NCBI GenBank assembly: GCA_964247055.1
Contig: OZ176051.1
Location: forward strand, 5,518,001 to 5,582,000
DNA from: Paragordius varius
Taxonomy: Eukaryota; Animalia; Nematomorpha
DNA: 64,000 nt
Direction of reading: 5' to 3'
Shown: positions 54,701 through 64,000 of the stretch, piece after piece
Layout of the letters: each line of letters begins with the position of its first letter
Numbering within the stretch: position 1 is the first letter of the stretch
Notes under the pieces: generated by a model
The model's database searches: none
What the model was told of the DNA's origin: nothing
The model's input: the letters and a program-made list of their open reading frames with translations, nothing else
Made by a program: the position numbers and the translations under genes

Positions 54701-56195
54701 TAAAAAAGATAAATGATGCACGATTTGATTGATAAATTATGAACAAAACAAAAAAGTCAAAAGACCAACTTGAGGTGGTTGAAAAGTGTTCAAGGATTGA
54801 ATTGCTAATGGTATCTAAATAAGTCATTTTGCTACGCATCGTTTTATGCAAAGAAAGTATTAAAAATATTTCAAGAAATGCAATTTTTACCAATTAAAAA
54901 ATATATAATTAATTTTATGTATGATAAACATATGTTTTAGAGGATTAATTATTTTTGAAGCGGTTTCAGTCACCAATAATCACTTATGCCAGATTTCCAT
55001 CTGCATATAAAAGACTTTAATGGCAAACATACTATATTTAGGCGAGTTTTTTAAATTATAAATTAACCTTCAAATCCCTTGTATTGTTCAAGGTTATAGA
55101 CAATTTGTAGCTTGATGTGAAATTGTAAAAGCAATTTTGTTCAACTAAAAAGGACCGATTCCCATAAGCGACATCTTGACTTATATTGTTTTCTTGATAG
55201 CATATAATTACTCTTAAATCATACCAGGGTACATCAACGTAAAACTAATAAAAAAACTGGATTTTAATTTTGTCAAATATGTTGAAATATTCAATAAATA
55301 AATCTTAAAGAAATCACCTCTGGTTTAAAATTCGTGTTTAAATAACTCCAAAAACTTCGATCATTTTCTCCCAAATAATAGACATATCGTATATTCCGAA
55401 AATTAAGGTAAATTTGCTGTGGTAAAATGAATACCAAATTTCCAAAATTGTTGTGGATGCATGGCAACATGGTAGAAAAATATCTGAAAAAACAATTTTA
55501 TGGTAAATTTGAAAAATATGAAGCACACATATTCTCAATCTTTCATTATTATAGAGCTTCTTTTTTTAAATATCATTTAAGGGTTAAAAATTATTATTTC
55601 GAATCGAAAAGTTTTTAACAATCGGTTTATAATAATTCTTTTTTAAAAAAAATGCATAGCGCAAAAATTTACAACAAAGCCATTTTAATGAGGGGCGTGT
55701 TTAAGAAAATGAAACCCCAAAACCGAAAATTACCATTTATAGTAAAAACTGAAATTATACGGACAGAGCAAAAATATAAAGACAAATATTTTTTTCTAAA
55801 AGACAATACTTTTATAAACCTTAATTTTTCTCATATAAATTATATAATAACTGTAAAATATATAATTGATTGTGAATTAGCAATTTAAAATAATTAGTTA
55901 TGTTTTTAAAAATGAAGTTTATAAAATTATGGTTGTCTTTTAGTAAAAAACATCTGTCTTTATATTTTTAGGTCTTGTCCGTATAATTTTAAATTTTACT
56001 GTATTTTGCTTCGAGTTCTTTTTTGTAAATTTATTTTTAATTATTTTCAATCAATCAATTATTAACCTTTGATTAAGACGAAATGCTCTGTTCAGGTAGC
56101 ATCGTTGGCTAGGAGGTAATGAAATACAATCATTATCATCACTTTGCGCTTGTCTAACTACAGTAATAATAGGAATTAGATAGACTAAGTGTATA
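45751..56195 (-). CDS. Uncharacterised, probably secreted Cys-conserved protein, paralog B (~378 aa, 5' end unresolved). Exons 56195-56067, 55483-55318, 55244-55068, 50440-50248, 48431-48338, 47937-47760, 45951-45751
   Basis: Seven phase-compatible exons. Exons 4, 5 and 6 have the same lengths as in paralog A (193, 94, 178 nt). Begins with hydrophobic IHLVYLIPIITVVRQAQS. Confidence 0.88.
46257..46531. mobile_element. MITE family 2 copy
   Basis: aatattgaaattatacggacaagacg ... cg-tttccgcataattttaatatttactg|TA. Confidence 0.7.
52160..54150. mobile_element. ~1-kb foldback palindrome interrupted by a younger MITE
   Basis: Arm 52170-52660 is the reverse complement of 52800-52950 joined to 53943-54150. 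Confidence 0.75.
52952..53942. mobile_element. hAT-type MITE (991 bp) with gaaccgg subterminal arrays
   Basis: 15-bp TIR cagggcttggaaccg and perfect 8-bp TSD ctatatat at 52944-51 and 53943-50. Confidence 0.93.
54235..54370. repeat. Degenerate 21-bp tandem repeat (ttgaacatttcaagttggt..), about 6 units
   Basis: 21-bp periodicity, starting after taccattt like the 33161 foldback terminus. Confidence 0.6.
55740..56001. mobile_element. MITE family 2 copy (262 bp, TA-flanked) in intron 1 of paralog B
   Basis: TA|tagtaaaaactgaaattatacggaca ... tgtccgtataattttaaattttactg|TA. Confidence 0.8.
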
Positions 56196-56559
56196 CTGAA
56201 AGATATTATTAATTAAACTTTACAATTTTGGAATTAATAAAATTGAGAGTGTCACCAAATTATATACCCATTTCTTATTGTGACCCCAAAAAAGTTAAAT
56301 TATATTTTAAAAAAATTAAGCATAATAGTACTGTCTTTTAAAATTAATAGCCGTTGATTTTTACTTATTCAATTTTGATTGTAAATAATTTAATAAAATT
56401 AAACAACAACTTTGACTTTTTCAATAGCCATTCTATAATTTAAAATTGTTCCATTAGAGTACATAATAATATATCTGAAAAAAAATTGGTTTAACGACTA
56501 AATTTTTTTTTTGTGGTTATCGATAATTTTTGGTCCCGATTTAACATCAAACAAATTTT

Positions 56560-57110
56560 TAAAATTAAAAATGTTAGATATAGAGCCATGTATTTTATAT
56601 GATTTGAAAGAGCGCGAACTGTATTTTTCGAATGGTAGTTGGTCATTTAAATCAATCTGATGTAAAAGTTATTTGGATTTATATGATCTAAATTTTTAAC
56701 CAAAAATTAATAATTTATTTTTATATAATTGTTAGGGTTAGATTAGTTAAAAACTTAAAATAATATTTGAAAGCTTTTGGTTTGTTTTTCATAAAATTAT
56801 TATCAATTATTTTACCTAGTGGATACAAAAATGCATAATTATAACTAGCTTTTAATTTTTAAATTGAAATAAGCCTCTAAAGAAAATAAATTAATATTGA
56901 TGAGATGGTAATTTTAAAAAAAACATAACTTAAAAATAGCTGTTTTGAATGACATATAAGCAATAAATAAGTGTTTTAGTCAAAAAACTTTCTTGTGTTA
57001 TTTTTTTGGACATTCATTGCCATCTTTACAAAATTTATTTTCATCCATTAGTTTTAAAAATATATTAATTAAAAAAAACGCTCTCGTTTCACACGTTTGT
57101 CGCTCTAAGT
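56560..57110. mobile_element. Inverted copy of the repeat at 10590-11300
   Basis: See the 10590-11300 feature. Confidence 0.65.
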
Positions 57111-57249
57111 CGGCTTACGCCAAGGATGCGTTTCATCACCAATTCTTTTATAGTTCTTTTAACTTCTTTTCGGAAATAAAAATAAACACATAATACCGGA
57201 AAACACACATAAAAATTTCGTAAACTCAAAGATCTTTTTGTCCTAACGA

Positions 57250-58420
57250 GATGGATTTGTTTAAAGAGGGACCGAAACATGCACCAGTAACCACAGTCAA
57301 TACCAGAGAATTCGTAAAATATTTGAAGACGTTTTGGAACAGAATGACCAAATTAGAAACGATATATACAAAACATTAAAACGCACCTTACATGTCAAAC
57401 CCAACAATAACAAGGAAGACATTAAAATTATTAAAATGCTAAAAACTTTCAAAGACGTCATGTTTGCCAAAGCAGACAAGGCAACTTCATAGTAGCTTTG
57501 AATACAACTGATTACGAAAAAAACATATGTGAAATGCTTTCAGATGAACTCTCATATACTCGATCAAATCAAACTCTACTCAAAAAACTGGTGACTAAAT
57601 AACGAAGATGAAGAATAAACAACACCTTGATGATAATACATTCAAAATATTAGTCCCCTATTCACAAAAATGTTCTATCTACGCTAACCGAAAATTGACA
57701 AGCCTTCCAATCCGTTAAGACCAGTTGTTGAACAGCTCCAACCTACAATATAAGTAAATATCTAACAAACTTGTTCGATCCGTTACTATGTAAATGGTAT
57801 AAAAAATTCCTTTGAACTGGCACAAATAATCGTAACTTAGTGATAACAGAGGAAGATGAACTATCATCGTTCGATGGAACGTCACACGAGTATTCCTCCT
57901 GACTGATTCTTAAGGAATTCGTTTACATACATAGAGACTATTTTAAAAAGCATTTCCACTTAAGTTCATGCATCCTCTTAATCCAGACAATTTTGCACAA
58001 CTATTTCTCCTTTAAAAGTGATTATTACAAACCAAAAACGGAACCCCTATGGGTAGCAGCTTCTCTTCAGACATAGGTGGTCTCAGACACATTGAAGAAA
58101 GCGTTTTGGCAAACAACGAAATAAAATTTTAATAGAGATATGTTGGTGACATCTTGGTAAAAGACTCAGAAATTAATCAAAATAAATAATTGAAGCACTG
58201 AACAACGAATCGGAATTAAAATTGACAAAGAAGAGGAAATCGAAAATTCAATACCATTTTTAGACATTTTCATATCTAAAATCCTATATGACAACATGGT
58301 ATTCATCACCACTAAAGTTCATTATAAAAAATTATTTAATTTCAGTTTTCTATCATTGGAGTCTAATCAGCCGCCATTCATCTACAAAGGCATAGTATCC
58401 AACTATATAAGGCGCACACT
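57250..58420 (+). pseudogene. Decayed Penelope-like retroelement reverse transcriptase
   Basis: Across frameshifts, ordered Penelope RT motifs: FAKADK(G)N.IVALNTTDYEK, KPSNPLRPVV, IKNSFEL, SSFDG, YFSFKSDYY..GTPMGS, RYVGDI, EEE.ENSIPFLDI, TKVHYK..SNQP. Confidence 0.85.
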
Positions 58421-59652
58421 GCTTCGAGAAAATTTGTGTTTTTAATAAATTTATTTTTATTTCCTACATTATTCGCCACGTTAATACGAATCTTATTTAA
58501 CAACCCTCGTCGTTACCCACCCAGTTTATAAAATTTGTTGTAAATTTTCAAAGAAAAAAATTTTTAATAAAATTTTGATAAAGAGGGTGCATCATCAAAA
58601 AAATCAAAAAAAAATCCTTTGGTGGAATTATAATTTATATTTCAGATTTCCTGATAAAATTTAATCAGAAAATGCAAAAAACTCGAGCGGCAGAAAAATT
58701 TGTTGTCTAGTGTAATTAATTTTTAATTGTTTACCCCTGTTTTACAATTATAAAAACTTTCAGTAAAATCCCTTTAAAATTATTAAAACTTTAATAGTAA
58801 TGTCACATCTGAATAATGTATTCTAGACAAATTAATGGTTTAAAAAATATAAACGATATTTATATATATACTGCAGAATGAATATATGAGTGATAGAATA
58901 ATGGTAATACTCATTGCGGTAATTTTAAGACAAAAAATATTTAAATATTTATCTATTATCAAAATATTTGGTTTATAAACGATTTAATTTTAATTCCTGG
59001 ACAACTTTTTTTTGATAAACTTTAAAAATTATCATCAGGTAATATTTATTAAATCAATTAATTTAAAAAATTTCGATTATAAATACCAATACTCATATTT
59101 TTATGTTTAAGGTCAAATCAGTGTGCTTTCATTATTATTATGTTTAGAGTTACCTTGATTTTTTTGATACTAATCATTTTTTAAAAACATTTTATTGAAG
59201 GTAACTAAATATATAATTTTTAAATATTTTCCATCATTTTTTTAAATCCTATCATACTAATTCCGATCCAAATATTTAATTGGATATATAAAAATTATTT
59301 ACTTATTATAAATATATATTTATTGAATAAAAAATTAATAATGACTTAGAAGACTGAGTGTGCTGAAATATAGTGAATTTGGAATCAGATTCATATATAT
59401 ATATTTATATATATATATATATTGTGCAAATAGGTTTAATTAATCCAATGTGTCGTGTTGTCGGCAACAATAGAAACATAATTTGTACAAATGGGGTTGT
59501 CTTTGTATGGTTTGGTACATAAACAAATCTAAGTCAAAAAATAGAGTAACTATAGATATATAAATTGGAGAGATATAAAATCCGAAAGATTTTTTATAGT
59601 TTTACTAAGACCTAAATTCTGTTTAGACTGCTTTAAAGTTTACCAATTAAGC

Positions 59653-59917
59653 CAGTGGTTCCAAGCCTTTTTTTGTTCATGCCCCATTAAAGTTTAAAAT
59701 TAATTCTTGCGCCGCCCTCTCCAAAAAAATCAAAATAATGTAAAATATATTATTATTGAGATCCTTATAATTGCATCTTTTGAAATATTTTTTCCGTATC
59801 GGTGACAATCTTGATAATTCGCACTAGAATTTAATTTGAGTTAGTTTTATTTTTAATTTAAATTCTCTAAATATTTTAGATTTTCTACCCCCCCCCCCTT
59901 CGGGATTTTAACCACTA
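59653..59917 (+). mobile_element. hAT-type MITE (265 bp), same family as 14881-15181
   Basis: cagtggttccaagcctttt ... aaccacta. Degenerate TSD aattaagc/aattaact. Confidence 0.75.
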
Positions 59918-60300
59918 AATTAACTGATTTAGACATATTATTAGATTATTCTGAACCTATGTGTTTTATTTAGGCGCTATAATTTTAATTAATTTTATCT
60001 TATGACGAAATGCTAAAAGCAACGCAAACCATCGGCCTCATAAAAGATTTAATATTTAATTTTACGTGTAAATATGAACCAACTACAAATTTTTTATAAT
60101 GATATTAATAGGCCAGTTTTATTAATGCCACATTATATTATTTTTTGTAACATATTGAGTTGTGTCTTCTAATTTTAGATATTCCTATCAAAAAGTGACC
60201 GGCCTTTATTTATAGAAAATGTTAATAAGATTTTCCAATTTTAGTTTTTTATCCCCAGCTGCGACTGCCCAAAAAGATTTTTCAAAAGTAGGGAATTGTA

Positions 60301-62880
60301 TTAGTTTACCCAAGTCTTTAAAAATCGTCTGCCAGGGGCTGAGACAGTGAAATGATTTTCAGTTTTAGAATGATAAATAAGAAATTTTTACCACTTATAT
60401 GATCCTTCTTTTTTATATTGGATGGAACGGAGATTTTATTGTGTAGTTCATTGAGGCTTTCTTCAATGACCTTGATTTGACTGCACGATAAACAACAAAA
60501 AAATTAAGTATCATAATTTATTAACCATTTTATTTTTTTTTCTTTATATAAAGATATTATTATTAAGGAACATAATAAGTATTGATTAAGTTATTTTATA
60601 AAACTGAACGATTAAAAATTATCAACAATTTAACAGGTTATTGTTTGTATTTATTAAAAAAACTGTTGTGTTATTCTAAGTTTGAGAGGTTAGACATAAA
60701 ATAATCCCCTTAATCCTAAATTATATTTAAGCCCTTTCTTTTTCAAATAAAAGTTAACTCCAAAATCTAAACAATGTTTACTCATCTAAATGTTGCAAAA
60801 ACCGTGTAGGGTCGTATTTATTTATAGGGTTAGGTTGAGTTATAAGATTTTTTCTGTTTAGATTTTCATGAGGGGACATATCATGTGGTTTAACTAAAGT
60901 ATTTTTAGTATCAGCCGTTTCTTGTGTATTAAAATTTTTGAGCACGTAGGATTCATTTTGTGATAGAGGATTAATGATGGTTGGATTCGGTGTCATAATG
61001 TTATTATCTTGAATGGGTAATGGCTGTTCATCATTACTGTTCAAATTATTTTCACCTTTCGAGTTTCTTCCAATTTTACCATATAAACTGGCTATTTTGA
61101 GAGATCTTCGTTTCAATAAACTTATTTCCTTGGTGCTTTTCGCCGCATTCTGATTCGATACTAATGAATCATTTGACCCTTGGGGTTTAGTAATATTTTT
61201 GATTGGATGATTTTCGCTAGTATTGGAGCAATATGACGGAGATCGGACTATATGAAAATAGAAAATAATTGGATATTAATGTTGTTTATTATTTGTAATT
61301 ATACATTAATATTTCATTACATTTAGATTTTTTTGTTAGCCATGACATTTTGGGTAGTTTTATACCCCCCCAGTAAATAGTAAACAAACAAATGCTTTGA
61401 ATGTTTTGCTTAAATCCAATTATCGAACCCTCTTCACCCCTATAAAAAAACTTAGAATTTTTACTGGTTTTTACATGGAGTTCCGAATTCAGATATAAAA
61501 CACGATTAAAACGAACGGCTGATATTTTAATAAATATTTATTTATTTACCTGTTGCATTCACGATTTAACAAAAAACAATAATAGATTGCGACGACTAAG
61601 TTTGAGTTGAGGATTTTCTAATAATTATATTTGTTAAAAAATTTGTATCATGCGTCTAAAAGGCTTAAGAGAGCATATTCTTAAATTTGGCCCAATGATA
61701 TATGTATTTTTTGAGATATTTTAATTATAAATGGCTTTCAAAAAGTACCCCAAAACGTTATAAAGTGTTAAAACAATTGTTTCACCTAAGCCCAGCGCAG
61801 GAAAATATATTTTACTGTGTAATTTTTTTTGTTACACTATCTAATAATATAAATCTTATTGAATAAATAAAAATTGTAGTTGAGTCATAACAGATTGCGA
61901 GCTAGATATTTTAGACTAAACAATTAAGGGGTCTATAACGAAATCAAGCTCAACGATTTGGAGAAATAAGGTATAAATGATACAAATAAAAAGCAAATTT
62001 ACAAACTATGGTAAGATGATATAGGAATTTCTTGAATTAATAATTTGCATTTACGGCAATTGACTAATAAATATTCCAGACAATGGATGACAAAATTTAT
62101 GATTCCATCAATATCTTTGAGGTGTTTTCTACAAAAAAAATTAATAAATATTAATAAATAAAAATTAAATTGATAAAAATTAAATTGATAAAAATCTCTT
62201 GTTGACAGCATTGTTAAACCTTTTGGTTGTTTGTAACATTTTTCCAAACAATTTAATTTCGTCCACGCACACATCCAATTTGGCTTCTATGGTGTCACGC
62301 AATTTTTCATTGTCCAGATAAGTACCAATCCAACTTATACTCTCATGAAAACTGGCAATATCCAAAGAGAATTCGGAAATTTTCTATATTTTATGAATAA
62401 TATCATTATAAAGTGTAATTCACACGGAAAATTTAAATGGTTTTAAAGTTGATGATGAGGCGTTTAAAATATATAATCGAAATAAGCCTTAATAATTAAA
62501 ATGTGCGACGTTTATTGTTATAAGTGTCTTGACTCGTTTTAAACAATCTAGTATATTAGATAAATGTAGTATAATAATAAAACACTATATTTTTCTTTAA
62601 TATAATGGGGGTTTTCAATTTAGATTCGATTAAAGTAAGCCACCTAAGAAATGTCAAAAATTTTCGATTGATTAAACTCACCTAACTATCACATCATACA
62701 AAATAAAATTGGGTCAACTAAAAAATTGGGAGGTAATCGCTACAAACAATTATAAATATACTTAAATTTGGCAAAACTCACAAACGAATATAATATCAGG
62801 TGTTTTACTTTATTTTGATTATATGGCGTTTGATTCATGAAATCACCGACTCTGGGGTATTTTTGTTTTAAAATATACAT
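60301..62880 (-). CDS. Hypothetical protein, ~348 aa if a 1-nt gap in exon 2 is corrected. Exons 62880-62782, 62739-62682, 62643-62586, 62383-62220, 62128-62055, 61247-60782, 60480-60392, 60338-60301
   Basis: The last five exons splice in phase into an unbroken frame: helical N-part, low-complexity N/S/T/Q/P middle, short coiled-coil-like LDDQIKVIEESLNELHNKI. The first three exons have good splice sites, but exon 2 is 1 nt short. Confidence 0.65.
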
Positions 62881-62963
62881 ATATGTGCTTGTAACAGACG
62901 TGCATTTAACATTCAAGTTTTATGGTGAGGCAAACGCATGTAATCAGAAATTATAAATTATGT

Positions 62964-62994
<31 letters not shown>

Positions 62995-63291
62995 AAAATG
63001 TTAATATACGCGGGGACAGCTTTAAGACAATTAACAAAAACATTCAATCAAAAAACATCAAAGACACCAGAAATTTAATTGTCGGTCGAGAATGCACTAC
63101 GTTAAATTATATAAATTTTTGGCTACAAATACCTATTGGTCAATTATTTTTTGAAAATTATTATGTGTTTTAAGGGCTGAACACCATAAAACTCGACATA
63201 TTATTAGGATCAAATTTATAATAAAACCTCATAATGATTAAAAAGCTGTATAACAAAATATTTAAAAGTTTTATATTGACAAGAAAAATTT

Positions 63292-63780
63292 AATCTATAT
63301 ATATATATATTTATTAATGGCTTTGTGATCTGTTTCTGGAAAACCAGTAGACCCATTCAAATCCAAATATCGAAAAAATATAATTATTAATAAATGCCCC
63401 GACAATAGCGTCGCCCTTTTTTGAATAAGGCCCCCAGTTCGGGTCCACCCCGTGTAAAAAACGGGTTTTTTGAAAGCAGAAGTCCAAAAAATGGTGTCTT
63501 TGAGACAATTTTCGGACAACGTGTGGACCATTTAATTTCAAATATGATATTTGTTTTATTTTCGATTGCGCCGTCGGCTCGTTTTTTTAATTTAGACCCT
63601 CTTTTTACCCGCTCCCCCCGTAAAATGCCATTTTTTTCAAAAAACAAAGTCCACAAAAATAATTTTTTGAATCTATTTTTTGCCCAAGGTATAAGACCGG
63701 AAAAATTCAATAAGGCCACGTATTACCTTTTAAAAGGCAAAAATAAATTTTCGAGCTTTTCTTTGATGATAGCTGCTGAA
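63292..63780 (-). mobile_element. Inverted, more diverged copy of the Helitron-like unit at 42760-44053
   Basis: Reverse complement matches the unit, including the tail atctatatat...gtagacccattcaaat and gggccccagttcggg. Confidence 0.8.
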
Positions 63781-64000
63781 TAAGAAGCTACCCGCGAAAA
63801 ACTGGCTCGTAATACCGAAATAGCGTGCTTTTGGGGCTATTCAGAAAACAGGCCATATGAGTTCAATAGCTGCTTAAAGTATTAGCCGTTAAAAGGCAAA
63901 AATTTAAGTCGAGCGGTTTTTAAAATTAGCCGTTAATAAGGCCTTTAGGCCCTAAAAAATGAGCTATGATTAAACTATTATTTAGTTTCGAAGCCATTCT

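Noticed and set aside
60210-60338. Alternative last-exon frame PWQTIFKDLGK... for the right-hand gene
   Set aside because: No upstream donor gives the required phase; the phase-compatible frame ends KTWVN* at 60301.

Overview
Very AT-rich, repeat-laden eukaryotic (invertebrate-animal-like) genomic DNA with short GT-AG introns (38-90 nt are common). The taxon cannot be assigned from sequence alone. Manual splicing gives five well-supported multi-exon genes. (1) A 14-exon secretin-family (class B1) GPCR, calcitonin/DH31-receptor-like, with an unusually long ~540-aa ectodomain (14045-24738, +). (2) A 5-exon failed-axon-connections/FAXC homolog (28145-30542, +). (3,4) Two tandem paralogs of an unrecognised, probably secreted, Cys-conserved glycoprotein family with identical intron positions (30897-35557 and 45751-56195, -). 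(5) An 8-exon hypothetical gene with an apparent 1-nt frameshift (60301-62880, -). A weaker partial gene runs off the left edge. The rest is a transposon landscape: a 3.4-kb hAT element with TIRs and an 8-bp TSD, several hAT and Tc1/mariner MITEs, foldback palindromes, a Helitron-like tandem array, and decayed Penelope, RTE and other LINE fragments. No rRNA, tRNA or CRISPR array was seen. The best candidate for undescribed biology is the orphan paralog pair; the expanded, atypical class B receptor is second.
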